From Hyphomicrobium sp. (GTDB lineage Bacteria > Pseudomonadota > Alphaproteobacteria > Rhizobiales > Hyphomicrobiaceae): 64,000 bases of DNA. Positions 1-10,343 of the stretch are shown one piece after another. The DNA lies in assembly GCA_036559705.1 (NCBI GenBank), contig DATBSP010000113.1:655-64654 (forward strand). Reading direction: 5' to 3'. How positions within the stretch are numbered: the stretch's first letter is position 1; each line of letters begins with the position of its first letter. Both the position numbers and the translations under genes were made by a program. The notes beneath the pieces are model-generated. The model ran no database searches, was not told the origin of the DNA, and was given only the letters and a program-made list of their open reading frames with translations.

Positions 1-149
1 TGCAGGCATGTGGGACAGGTCAGAAAAGCTTCGTCACGCTGCGAGTCCTTGTCCGCGTCGGGCGACAGGGCCTCCCCAAAGATCATCATGGTCTCGCATT
101 GCGTGCAGGTGGCGACAAGATAGCTGTTGCCTGTGATGATCTCACTCAC
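1..149 (-). CDS. Small zinc-ribbon (CxxC...CxxC) protein, partial, runs off the left edge
   Basis: Not in the ORF track. Hand translation of the minus strand: (MRNDH)VSEIITGNSYLVATCTQCETMMIFGEALSPDADKDSQRDEAFLTCPTCL... GTG at 149 has GAGGA upstream; alternative ATG at 164. Confidence 0.6.
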   Translation of the reverse strand, partial: MSEIITGNSYLVATCTQCETMMIFGEALSPDADKDSQRDEAFLTCPTCL

Positions 150-520
150 GTGGTCATTCCTCATGAAGTCCCTTGCAGGCAAACTTGCGCTACCGGGGGC
201 GACCCGTATCATTCGCTAATGCGGTCCAATCATTCCAAAAGGCCGCGTGCGCCTGCGAAAGGATGCGGCGGCGCACACCATCGAAGGAACTAGGTCCGCG
301 GAGGGGGGCGTGGTATTCCGTCCAACTCATGGTCCACCGCGCCCCTTCACGTCAGACTTTCGCCTGCGCACTGCTTCCTCGGCGTTTGCAGGCGCCGGAG
401 AACACTGCCAGCACCAAAACCGCGCCGATCCACTCAAACGCAGCGGTGAGCCTCGCGGCTGCGATGCGTCGCCCGACTTCGCAGTGCTTTCGACTACGTT
501 TGATGCCAGGAGGAAGATAG

Positions 521-757
521 ATGCCGGTAAACTACGCCGAGATCGCAATTGGTAAGTGCTTTGCACTGCCCAACAACGATGTGCGGCAAGTCGTAGGGCT
601 GGACCGTGGGAGCGTCTCGTATGTCGTGCGAGGGAAGCTGGCATTCCCATCTTGGGACCCGGCGGCATGGCAGATTACCAGCCTAGACGTCTTTGCCAAG
701 GAGGTCAGCACCGAGGTGGCGGCCGATTGGCGAAGCGCCGGTACGCGGACGTTCTGA
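521..757 (+). CDS. Hypothetical small protein (78 aa)
   Basis: AGGAGG upstream of ATG; protein-like composition (MPVNYAEIAIGKCFALPNNDVRQVV...). Confidence 0.6.
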   Translation: MPVNYAEIAIGKCFALPNNDVRQVVGLDRGSVSYVVRGKLAFPSWDPAAWQITSLDVFAKEVSTEVAADWRSAGTRTF

Positions 758-906
758 ACATGTCTGATCTCTCTCAAGAGCGGGCCGTCGCTCCGCGTGG
801 GTATGATGCCCTCAAGTTTTCCGCATAAGCTGCCATCAATGGCTGCTCGGCAATCAGCACAGACCTTGCGTGGCGCAAGTGTTTCTGCAGCACAGGTGCC
901 AAAGCG

Positions 907-1728
907 ATGAAACTACGTGTCGGCTACGAGCTGAAATACGCGTTCCCGCAACCGACACCCGCCATCTTGATGCTCAATATCCACTTCACGCGCGTCGCTG
1001 GGCTGGCTGCGCCCGACCACATCATCGTCAGTCCGCCCGTGCCGATCTCGGGATACCGCGACGGGTTTGGCAACTGGTGCTGCAGAATCGTCGCGCCGCA
1101 AGGGAAGGTGAGCATCTCGACCAACGCCGTGGTGACCGACGCCGGCAAAGCCGATGCCGTAGTCCCGCATGCTGCCCAGGTTCCGGTCGAAGATCTGCCC
1201 GAAGAGGCGCTCGTTTTTCTACTCGCCAGCCGCTTCTGCGACAGCGACCAGCTTCTTGACCTTGCGTGGAAGCTGTTTGGCCGCGCTAAACCCGGCTGGG
1301 GCCGTGTGCAAGCCATCTGCGATTTCGTCCATAAACACATAGAGTTTGGCTACTCGCACGCGAGCGTGACACGCACGGCGTCGGAAGCCTATGCGGAAAA
1401 GCGCGGTGTCTGCCGCGACTACGCACACCTTGCGGTTGCCTTCTGCCGCGCCCTGAACATTCCAGCCCGCTATTGCACCGGATACCTCGGCGACGTGGGT
1501 ACGCCGCCACCGTACCCGCCCGGTGACTTCGCGGCATGGTTCGAGGCCTACATCGGCGGCCACTGGTATACGTTCGATCCGCGCAACAACGTGCCACGTA
1601 TAGGTCGTGTCTTGATCGCACGCGGGCGCGATGCAGCAGACGTGGCCATGACCACCACCTTCGGGCCGAACAAGCTTGAAGGTTTCAAGGTGTGGACGGA
1701 CGAAGTGCCGGACACCGCGGCCAACTGA
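907..1728 (+). CDS. Transglutaminase-like superfamily protein
   Basis: GVCRDYAHL catalytic-Cys motif, IPARYCTGYLGD, DFAAWFEAY, FDPRNN, RGRDAADV. Confidence 0.9.
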   Translation: MKLRVGYELKYAFPQPTPAILMLNIHFTRVAGLAAPDHIIVSPPVPISGYRDGFGNWCCRIVAPQGKVSISTNAVVTDAGKADAVVPHAAQVPVEDLPEEALVFLLASRFCDSDQLLDLAWKLFGRAKPGWGRVQAICDFVHKHIEFGYSHASVTRTASEAYAEKRGVCRDYAHLAVAFCRALNIPARYCTGYLGDVGTPPPYPPGDFAAWFEAYIGGHWYTFDPRNNVPRIGRVLIARGRDAADVAMTTTFGPNKLEGFKVWTDEVPDTAAN

Positions 1729-1764
1729 GCTGATCACAGTCAACAGGTCAGAAGCCGACCGGCG

Positions 1765-2739
1765 TTAGCGCGCATTCGACATTGCTTCGCGTGCCCGCCG
1801 CATGCAGCCGGCTACGCGTACGGCATCGAGATCGCCGCACTCAATCGCGGCGCGCACCGCGCACTTCGGCTCATTCTCGTGGCGGCAATTGCTGAATTTG
1901 CAGTTCAGCGCCAACGCCTCGATGTCCGCGAAATTTGTGTTGCCTTCGTTGTTCCTATTCCAGACTTCCACCCCGCGCATGCCGGGCGTATCGATGATGG
2001 AGCCGCCGCCAGGGCGCAAGAACAGTTGGCGATGCGTTGTCGTATGGCGACCGCGGCTGTCGTTCGCGCGAACTTCCTGCGTCGCTTGCGCGGCGCGGCC
2101 GAGCAGAGCGTTCGTCAAGGTCGACTTCCCGGCGCCAGAGGAGCCAATGAGGCCGACGGTCCGGTTGTCAGCGAAATGCCGCTCGATACCAGAAAGGCGG
2201 TGAGCATGCGCGCTGACGGCATGAATAGGAACTCCCGGCGAAATCGTTGCGATCTGTTCCATCGCCCCGACGACATCATCCGTGAGGTCCGCCTTGTTGA
2301 GCACAATGACCGGAGTGGCAGAACTGTCTGCCACGAGCGCGAGCAGGCGCTCGATGCGCGGCATGTTGAGATCGCCATCCGGCGCCGTGACGATGAACAC
2401 TACGTCGACATTGGCCGCCAGTAGCTGCGGCCGATCTTCGCCGGACGCTTTGCGAACCAAAGCGCTGGTTCGCGGCAGCACTTCCTCGATGGTCGCCGGT
2501 CCGTCGCCGCTCCCCAGCCGCACCGCAACGAAATCGCCGACGCCTGCCAGATCCGAACGTTGTGCGGCCGCATTCCTCAGGCGCCCCGTTATCTCGGCCG
2601 AAAGCTCAACCGCATCAGTAGCAATCCTGAAGTGGGTGCGGTGCTCGCCGACGACACGGCCAGGTATCAGGCCATCTGCGGCACGCGGGGCGAAGTCCCT
2701 TTGCCGCTGGCCGCTCCAGCCCAATGCGTCAAGCGTCAT
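1765..2739 (-). CDS. rsgA: Ribosome small subunit-dependent GTPase A
   Basis: Circularly permuted GTPase motifs NKAD, GSSGAGKST, GRHTTT, DTPG; C-terminal Zn site CKFSNCRHENEPKC. Start set at MTLDALGW, which has a GAGG RBS. Confidence 0.92.
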   Translation of the reverse strand: MTLDALGWSGQRQRDFAPRAADGLIPGRVVGEHRTHFRIATDAVELSAEITGRLRNAAAQRSDLAGVGDFVAVRLGSGDGPATIEEVLPRTSALVRKASGEDRPQLLAANVDVVFIVTAPDGDLNMPRIERLLALVADSSATPVIVLNKADLTDDVVGAMEQIATISPGVPIHAVSAHAHRLSGIERHFADNRTVGLIGSSGAGKSTLTNALLGRAAQATQEVRANDSRGRHTTTHRQLFLRPGGGSIIDTPGMRGVEVWNRNNEGNTNFADIEALALNCKFSNCRHENEPKCAVRAAIECGDLDAVRVAGCMRRAREAMSNAR

Positions 2740-2778
2740 GCAGTTACCTCGGGGCATTTTTGGATAACGAAAGCATCA

Positions 2779-2805
2779 TTAGCACTCTTGGCAGGTAAGT
2801 GCTAA
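2779..2805. promoter_or_regulatory. CIRCE element (HrcA operator) upstream of groES copy 1
   Basis: TTAGCACTC-ttggcaggt-AAGTGCTAA; one mismatch to TTAGCACTC-N9-GAGTGCTAA. Confidence 0.92.
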
Positions 2806-2891
2806 GAGATACGACCGTGCCAACGAGGGCTGTTTCTAAACGCCCCGAAATTGCGCACCGCAACCCCCAAAACAGAGATTTGAGGATTTCA

Positions 2892-3206
2892 ATGAAATTC
2901 CGGCCCTTGCACGACCGCGTCGTCGTTAAGCGACTCGAGGAGGATAGCAAAAGCGCGGGCGGCATCATCATTCCAGATACCGTCAAGGAAAAGCCGATGC
3001 GCGGCGAGGTCATCGCCGTTGGCCCGGGCGTGCGCGACGAGAGCGGCAAGATCAACGCGCCAGACGTCAAAGCCGGTGACACGGTGCTGTTCGGCAAGTG
3101 GTCAGGCACCGAGGTGAAGATCGACGGCGATGATCTCCTTATCATGAAAGAGAGCGACATCCTCGGCGTCATCGAGGGCACGGCGAAGATAAAGGCCGCC
3201 GCCTAG
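2892..3206 (+). CDS. groES: Co-chaperonin GroES (copy 1)
   Basis: [14 protein letters not shown]...GGIIIPD...IMKESDILG; GAGG RBS before ATG 2892. Confidence 0.98.
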   Translation: MKFRPLHDRVVVKRLEEDSKSAGGIIIPDTVKEKPMRGEVIAVGPGVRDESGKINAPDVKAGDTVLFGKWSGTEVKIDGDDLLIMKESDILGVIEGTAKIKAAA

Positions 3207-3238
3207 CTCTGACTGCGCCGATTCCCCCATCCTTTTAG

Positions 3239-4888
<1,650 letters not shown>

Positions 4889-4911
4889 GGCCAACTCGAT
4901 TGCCGCAACGG

Positions 4912-4940
4912 AAAGCCCCGGCATAGCGCCGGGGCCTTCT
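4912..4940 (+). terminator. Probable intrinsic terminator after groEL copy 1
   Basis: GCCCCGGC-atagc-GCCGGGGC hairpin with a weak pyrimidine tail. Confidence 0.6.
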
Positions 4941-5030
4941 GTCGGCTTGCAGTACGAGCGCTGGTCGCTGCGGCGCCAGTCGTTTTCCTGCGAGGATTGA
5001 TCGACGGCTCATTTTTTGACGGAGGTGGTT

Positions 5031-5309
5031 ATGGACAAGCAGGCAATGCTCGAGGAACTGCGACGCGTCGGTGACGATTTCCGAAGAGTCGAAAAGACCA
5101 TTGTCGGGTTGAAAAATTTGCTCGCCGAGTCGGGTTTGACGGCAGTATCTCGGGCCAGAGCGGAGGCCATGTGGACCTCCAACTCTGCCCAACTGATGCG
5201 CCTCGGCCAACGAAGGCTTGAGTTCGACGTTACCCCATCCCTTGAGGTCGAACCCGCTCCCAAGCCGGCTCTGGCACGCGACACCTGGGTCGGCAATGTC
5301 CAGCCATAA
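5031..5309 (+). CDS. Hypothetical protein
   Basis: GGAGGT RBS before ATG (MDKQAMLEELRRVGDD...); helical-looking N-terminus. Confidence 0.55.
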   Translation: MDKQAMLEELRRVGDDFRRVEKTIVGLKNLLAESGLTAVSRARAEAMWTSNSAQLMRLGQRRLEFDVTPSLEVEPAPKPALARDTWVGNVQP

Positions 5310-5502
5310 GTTCAGGGTAGGGCAGACGGTCGGATACGCGCGGTCGCATATCGGGATGGTGCCATCGGCGCGCTCTTACAAGATCGTGCAACTGATGCCG
5401 ACTGAAGGCCGCGAAAGGCTCTATCGCATAAAGGCAGTCGCGGAGGTGTTCGAGCGCGTGGCTCGTGAAAGCGAGCTGTCAATTGGGACTGCAGCGGAGT
5501 AA
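5296..5502 (+). CDS. Small conserved-type hypothetical protein (SH3-like beta pattern)
   Basis: MSSHKFRVGQTV...YKIVQLMP...LYRIK...ERVARESEL resembles a small Rhizobiales hypothetical family recalled from memory; overlaps the upstream ORF stop. Confidence 0.75.
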   Translation: MSSHKFRVGQTVGYARSHIGMVPSARSYKIVQLMPTEGRERLYRIKAVAEVFERVARESELSIGTAAE

Positions 5503-5550
5503 CGACCACAACGTTTTTGCGCAGATTCAAGCAACAGCGGGAGAGCGGCC

Positions 5551-5772
5551 ATGGATGGTCCCCAGCAAAAGGAAATTGGCCGCCTACGGGCCGAGGCTCA
5601 GAGTGTTCTCCGCCAAGTCAAGGCCATATCCGCAGACGCCGAAGCCGCTTTGCGTGACGGCAATCTCACCCCCGCCCAAGATGAGCGCGCCAAGGCGCGA
5701 TTGATTGAGTTGAACGGTCGCCTCGTTCCCCTGTATGCGCGTATGCAAGAGCTCGGCGCCACACCGGACTGA
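5551..5772 (+). CDS. Hypothetical helical-hairpin protein (73 aa)
   Basis: GGGAGAG RBS; two amphipathic helices. Confidence 0.55.
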   Translation: MDGPQQKEIGRLRAEAQSVLRQVKAISADAEAALRDGNLTPAQDERAKARLIELNGRLVPLYARMQELGATPD

Positions 5773-5821
5773 CCTTGTTTGCAGGCCCGGCCGGCCGCCC
5801 AGGCGCAAGTTCGGAGGGAGC

Positions 5822-6241
5822 ATGAAGCGCAATGAACGCCTCGACACGGCGATACGAACTGCCATCGAGACGGCAGGATGTCTTGATGAGGATCAGTTGG
5901 CCGCGTCAGTGGCCCGCGCGCTCCGCAAGGAAGGCATGCTGTCCATCACTGCAGAATCGGTGATCGCCTACCTTGAGGTGCACGGCGCCGACATCCTCGG
6001 ACCACCGGTGCAAGCCACCCAACTGGAAATCGACTTCGTTCATATCCAACAACGATTGGCGAGCCGCATCGGGGCAGGTGAAAACGGTCTACCTCAAGTA
6101 CTGGCGCGCGGGCTTGCGGTTGAGGACCCGGTAGCGGTTGCATTGGCGGCCGTACTCCAGAAGCAGCCGGCCGGGGAGTTCAAGATAACCGATGAGCTGC
6201 TGTCATTATTGCGCGCGGCCGAGGCCAAGCTCCTGCAGTGA
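5822..6241 (+). CDS. Hypothetical protein
   Basis: GGAGGGAG RBS before ATG 5822 (MKRNERLDTAIRTAIE...); globular-looking composition. Confidence 0.6.
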   Translation: MKRNERLDTAIRTAIETAGCLDEDQLAASVARALRKEGMLSITAESVIAYLEVHGADILGPPVQATQLEIDFVHIQQRLASRIGAGENGLPQVLARGLAVEDPVAVALAAVLQKQPAGEFKITDELLSLLRAAEAKLLQ

Positions 6242-6318
6242 GATCGGCTGCTAGCTCGTCACCCGATTATCGAACGAGGAGTATTTTCCGTAGCAACTCC
6301 GGTCAGCAGGAGACAAAC

Positions 6319-6555
6319 ATGAGCCTGGACAACACCTCACACCCCGGTAGGCCGGGCCTCGACGAGCTCCGTCGCGCTACGCGCTGCGGGTCGGCGAGAT
6401 TGACGTGATGGTGGTCAGATGGGGTGCTATCGCTGCCAGGCGCGATGTTGGGCCACAACGTCGACCCGGCTCGGGCGGCCTGGCTGAAGGACATGTTCCT
6501 GCCGCCGGACGTGCTCGAGTGGGCGCTGTGGTCGTGGTGCGTAGCGGCGGAACGC
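6319..6555 (+). pseudogene. Decayed 5' fragment of an MBL-fold metallo-hydrolase
   Basis: AGGAGA RBS plus ATG. Joining frames gives MSLDNTSHPGRPGLDEL/RYALRVGEIDVMVV/SDGVLSLPGAMLGHNVDPARAAWLKDMFLPPDVLEWAL/VVVVRSGG, which resembles the N-terminus of methyl-parathion-hydrolase-like MBL proteins. It breaks off before HxHxDH. Confidence 0.7.
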
Positions 6556-6601
6556 GGCTGCAGATGGATCACTACGCCGCCAGCGAGGAACAGCCCTCGT
6601 A

Positions 6602-6808
6602 TTGGCGCTGCTCCTTGGTTTCCTCGCCTGGCCCATCTTGTTCATGATCAGAACCTGGAATTCGGTCGAAGGCACCATGGGTGTTCACCAGTGGATTGCG
6701 ATGATCCTCGGGGTGGTGTTCTCCTGCGTCGTGGGATTTGGCCTGATGGGCGCGATGTTCTTCAGCAGTCGCCAGGGTTACGACGATCCGCCGCAGTTTG
6801 TTCAATGA
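6602..6808 (+). CDS. Small membrane protein
   Basis: Two hydrophobic segments and a GLMGAMFFSSRQGYDD end resembling small alphaproteobacterial membrane hypotheticals. TTG start is uncertain. Confidence 0.65.
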   Translation: MALLLGFLAWPILFMIRTWNSVEGTMGVHQWIAMILGVVFSCVVGFGLMGAMFFSSRQGYDDPPQFVQ

Positions 6809-7022
6809 CTTCGCCTGCACTCAGCAAGAAGCCTGGCGCCTCGCAAAAGAAAGCCCCTGCAGACGCGTGCACGCTGGGGCCGGCCCTCGTGGAGGGTCTT
6901 GACGCGGAACGGGGAAGATGCCCGCGTCGGGGTGGAGATGTCGCTTCGCCAAGGGCTGGGTGATATGGTTGGCAAAGAACGAGTTTAGCTGGAATCATGA
7001 CGCACGCATTCCTGCCGATGCA

Positions 7023-8936
7023 TCAGGCGAAAAAGCGTAACGCCTCTTTTGAGATGCGCTGGCGGGTCTTGAAATAGTCGCTCCACGGATCGGTCTTGCG
7101 TCTGATGCGCTGCAGGACGAGCGGAATCGTGAAGCCATTGGCGCTCTCGACACGCGACAGCTCGGTCCATGACACGGGCACGGCGACGCTCCCTTCGGGC
7201 TTGGCGCGCGGCGAATAGGGTGCGATGGCGGTCGATCCGCGCTCGTTGCGTAGCCAGTCGATGAAAATGCGGCCTTTGCGCTTGGCCTTCGACATGGTGG
7301 CGACGAAGCGATCGGGCTCGTTCTCGGCGAGCTTGGTGGCGACGCCCTTGGCGAAGCTCTTGATGATCTCCCAGTCCTGGCTCGCGTCGAGCGGGGCGAC
7401 GACGTGGATGCCCTTGCCGCCGGTGACCAGCGGGAATGTCTCGAGGCCTGCCGTTTGCAGTAGCTTGCGCACGTAGCGCGCCGCCTCGCGCACGGTGGCG
7501 AATTCGACGCTCGGGTCGGGATCGAGATCGAAGACGAGGCGGTCGGGTTTCTCCAGCGTCTTGGCGCGCGAGCCCCACAGATGGATCTCAATGCCGCCGA
7601 TCTGTGCCACGGAAACGAGGCCGGCCGCGCTGTCGACCATGAGATAGTCGGCAACCTCGCCATCGCCTTCCTCCACCGGCACGGATTTCAGCGCCGCCGG
7701 CATCCCCTTCTTAGTGTGCTTTTGGAAGAAGCACTGCTTTGCCGGCCCCTCCGGGCAGCGGACCAGGCTCAGCGGACGACCGCCGCAGTACGGCAGCATG
7801 CGCTCGCTGACAGCGAGGAAGTATTCGGCGAGGTCGAGCTTGGTGATTTTCGACCTGGCGTACAGCACGCGATCGGGGCTCGATATCTTGACGCCGGCGA
7901 TCTCGTCGGCGCTTGTGGTCTTGGCCATGTCTGTCACCGTTTGCGACTGCACTTCCCTAGCTGGCTTGTCGCCGCGCAAGCCGAGGAACGCGGGATGGCG
8001 CAGCAGCCCGTCCGTCGTCCGCTCGGTGAAGGCGATTTGCGCCACGAGCTTCGGCTCGACCCAATGGGCGTCGCGGGCGATAGCGCGCGGAATGTCGCCG
8101 AACGGCGTCGTCGCGCGGCGTAGCTTGGCGAACTTGGCGCCTAGGTCATCGAGCGTATCGCTGTCGAAGCCAGTGCCGACGCGCCCGCGATAGTGCAGCT
8201 TGCCGCCTTCGAACTCACCGAGCAACAGCGACGCGAACGACCGCCCCTTCTTGTCGGAGACGCGGTAGCCGCCAATAACGAATTCCTCATTGCCGAGGCA
8301 TTTGATCTTCAGCCAGCTTGGAGCCCGGCGCGACACGTACGGCTTGTCGGCCTGCTTGGAGACGATGCCTTCGAGGCCGAGGCGGCAGGCCTGGGCGAGA
8401 ACCTTGTCACCATGTCCGACGACGTCTTCGCTGTAGCGGATATCATCGGGCGCGCCCTGCAACAGCTTGCGCAGTATCTCTTTGCGGTGCGTCAGTGGCT
8501 CATCGCGCAGGTCGTGCCCGTCGAGCTCCAGAATGTCGAACACGTAGTAGGTGAGCGGGGTGTGCCCCTCCTTGAGCGCATTCTGCAGCCGCTGGAAGCT
8601 CGACCGCCCGTCATCGTCAAGCGCGACGATCTCGCCATCGAGTAGCACGCTGCCGACTTTGAGGTGGCGCAGCGGCGCGGCGATGGCAGCGAACTTCTCC
8701 GTCCAGTCTTGGCCGGAGCGGGTGTTGATGCGGCAGCGGCCACCACCGACGGCGGCGATGGCGCGATAGCCGTCGTACTTAATCTCGTGCAGCCAGTCCT
8801 CACCCTCCGGCGGGGCTGAGGCGAGGGTCGCGAGCTGCGGCGGAACAAAGTCGGGAAGCGGCGTCGCCGAGCGCGCGGAGCCTTGCTTGGACGCTGTGGT
8901 GTCGAGCGCCTTCGAACGCGGCTTCAAGCGTGCCAT
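7023..8936 (-). CDS. ligD: NHEJ DNA ligase D (ligase plus primase-polymerase domains; no PE domain)
   Basis: WLHEIKYDGYR, LDGEIV, EGIVSK, WLKIK, VGTGF, LRHPAF; then RCPEG, PDRLVFDLDP, TGGKGIHV, IFIDWLRN, APYSPRA. Start uncertain (8936 or 8987). Confidence 0.95.
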   Translation of the reverse strand: MARLKPRSKALDTTASKQGSARSATPLPDFVPPQLATLASAPPEGEDWLHEIKYDGYRAIAAVGGGRCRINTRSGQDWTEKFAAIAAPLRHLKVGSVLLDGEIVALDDDGRSSFQRLQNALKEGHTPLTYYVFDILELDGHDLRDEPLTHRKEILRKLLQGAPDDIRYSEDVVGHGDKVLAQACRLGLEGIVSKQADKPYVSRRAPSWLKIKCLGNEEFVIGGYRVSDKKGRSFASLLLGEFEGGKLHYRGRVGTGFDSDTLDDLGAKFAKLRRATTPFGDIPRAIARDAHWVEPKLVAQIAFTERTTDGLLRHPAFLGLRGDKPAREVQSQTVTDMAKTTSADEIAGVKISSPDRVLYARSKITKLDLAEYFLAVSERMLPYCGGRPLSLVRCPEGPAKQCFFQKHTKKGMPAALKSVPVEEGDGEVADYLMVDSAAGLVSVAQIGGIEIHLWGSRAKTLEKPDRLVFDLDPDPSVEFATVREAARYVRKLLQTAGLETFPLVTGGKGIHVVAPLDASQDWEIIKSFAKGVATKLAENEPDRFVATMSKAKRKGRIFIDWLRNERGSTAIAPYSPRAKPEGSVAVPVSWTELSRVESANGFTIPLVLQRIRRKTDPWSDYFKTRQRISKEALRFFA

Positions 8937-9013
8937 CCGGCGCTGCCCCTGCGCCGCGCCTTGCCTCTTTCGCTGGGGCGCGGACAAAGCGAATTATCGC
9001 TGCGAGCCGCATA

Positions 9014-9038
9014 AAGCGCACGTTAGCTGTAAAGTTCC
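9014..9038 (-). promoter_or_regulatory. Possible EcfG/RpoE2-type general-stress promoter for ligD
   Basis: Minus strand reads GGAAC-N18-TT (GGAACtttacagctaacgtgcgcTT); the -10 match is weak. Confidence 0.45.
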
Positions 9039-9040
9039 GT

Positions 9041-9451
9041 TTAAGGACGGCCGCTGCCGCCGGCCGGGAGGTGCGCGCGCGGATCGGCGACCTCGCGCAC
9101 CAGGCGCAGCAGGGTTGAGGCCTTCACCGGCTTGGGCACGAAGCGGACGCCGCCCGGCAAATGCGCTTTCGACGGCTCTATCACGCCTGAGACCAGCACA
9201 ACACCGGTACGCGGGCACTCCTCGCGCACGCGGCGGGCAAGCTCGAAACCGTTTACCTTCCCAGGCATCGCGACGTCGCTGACGACGGCGCACACACCTC
9301 CTTCAGCGATACGCGACAGCGCCTCCTCGCCACTTGAGGCAGCGATCACGTCGAAGCCAGACTGACCGAGGATATCGGAGACGTACTCGCGCACGAGTGG
9401 CTCATCTTCGACCACGAGCACGGAGCCGAAATGCGGTGCATGTCCATTCAT
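9041..9451 (-). CDS. Single-domain response regulator (receiver only)
   Basis: VLVVEDE, VVSDVAMPG (phospho-Asp), VLVSG, FVPKP. Confidence 0.92.
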   Translation of the reverse strand: MNGHAPHFGSVLVVEDEPLVREYVSDILGQSGFDVIAASSGEEALSRIAEGGVCAVVSDVAMPGKVNGFELARRVREECPRTGVVLVSGVIEPSKAHLPGGVRFVPKPVKASTLLRLVREVADPRAHLPAGGSGRP

Positions 9452-9460
9452 GCAGCGCAC

Positions 9461-9485
9461 AACGGCCGGTCACGGTGTCCGTTCC
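9461..9485 (-). promoter_or_regulatory. EcfG (sigma-T)-type promoter
   Basis: Minus strand reads GGAAC-ggacaccgtgaccggc-CGTT, an exact GGAAC-N16-CGTT. Confidence 0.75.
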
Positions 9486-9490
9486 GTTAG

Positions 9491-10315
9491 ATGATGCAAA
9501 AGTACATAATGCAGTTAGACCGGCTGCCGAATAAAGGTGCCCTGCGGCGAGGCGCCGCTGCAACTTATGCGCGTCCGTGGACCCGCGCCAGGATCCGCGA
9601 TGTGCTCGATTTGGCACCTCTGGAATATTTGCAAGTGCGCGCCTTGAGGTATGCGCGGGAATCGCGCCGGGTGCTGTGGATGGAACGCCACGTCCTCACA
9701 CTCCGCTACGACGGGCTCGATGCCTCCTACTATGGCGGCATCGGCACCAGCGGCTCCAAGCAGGTCGTGGCCGGCGCGCAAATGTTTCTGGGCGCCCATG
9801 CCCACTACTACCTGAGCGGGGCGATCCCGGAGCGCATCAACGACAATGCGCCCGGCTTCGTTGTCCGCGATCTCGGCCGCAAGCGCGGGTCGCTGATCGC
9901 GGAATTTCTCGTCGTGCTGCTGGGGCCCGCGATATGGAATGCGGCGACGTACAGCTACGTCGCCTTCGTGCGGGACTCTTACGCCGCCGTTAAACACGGA
10001 CGGCTATTCGACGATCCGCCTTTCGATCACCTGCAGCCGTCGCTTGCGACGTTCGATGGCGGCAACCATCCGCTGTTCGATTTGGCCGCCGCGCGCGAAA
10101 TGCAACAGCGGCGTCTCTATCAGCGGGTTCGGCAGTCGCGTACGCAGATCTCGGCGCCAATCCGCGTGACGGCGTCGGTGGTCGAACTGTCGATGGACGG
10201 ATACCACCTCGACACGATCACCCACCGCGCGCACACGGACGAGGATATAAACGAAGGCTTGCGGCTGTTTCGCGAGCAATCCGCCAGCGTCGGCCGGTCG
10301 GGCTATAAGGCGTAG
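9491..10315 (+). CDS. Hypothetical protein next to the tRNA repeat
   Basis: 274-aa ORF; globular-looking from MERHVLTLRYDGLDA (alternative start 9680). No family securely recognised. Confidence 0.65.
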   Translation: MMQKYIMQLDRLPNKGALRRGAAATYARPWTRARIRDVLDLAPLEYLQVRALRYARESRRVLWMERHVLTLRYDGLDASYYGGIGTSGSKQVVAGAQMFLGAHAHYYLSGAIPERINDNAPGFVVRDLGRKRGSLIAEFLVVLLGPAIWNAATYSYVAFVRDSYAAVKHGRLFDDPPFDHLQPSLATFDGGNHPLFDLAAAREMQQRRLYQRVRQSRTQISAPIRVTASVVELSMDGYHLDTITHRAHTDEDINEGLRLFREQSASVGRSGYKA

Positions 10316-10325
10316 CCTGAATACG

Positions 10326-10343
10326 GGAGCGGGCGATCGGGAT
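10326..10343. repeat. att-like direct repeat of the tRNA-Gly 3' end
   Basis: GGAGCGGGCGATCGGGAT at 10326-10343 is identical to 10589-10606. Confidence 0.85.

Noticed and set aside
6549-6573. GGAAC-N16-CACT as an EcfG promoter for the small membrane protein
   Set aside because: Poor -10 match, and it overlaps the pseudogene end.
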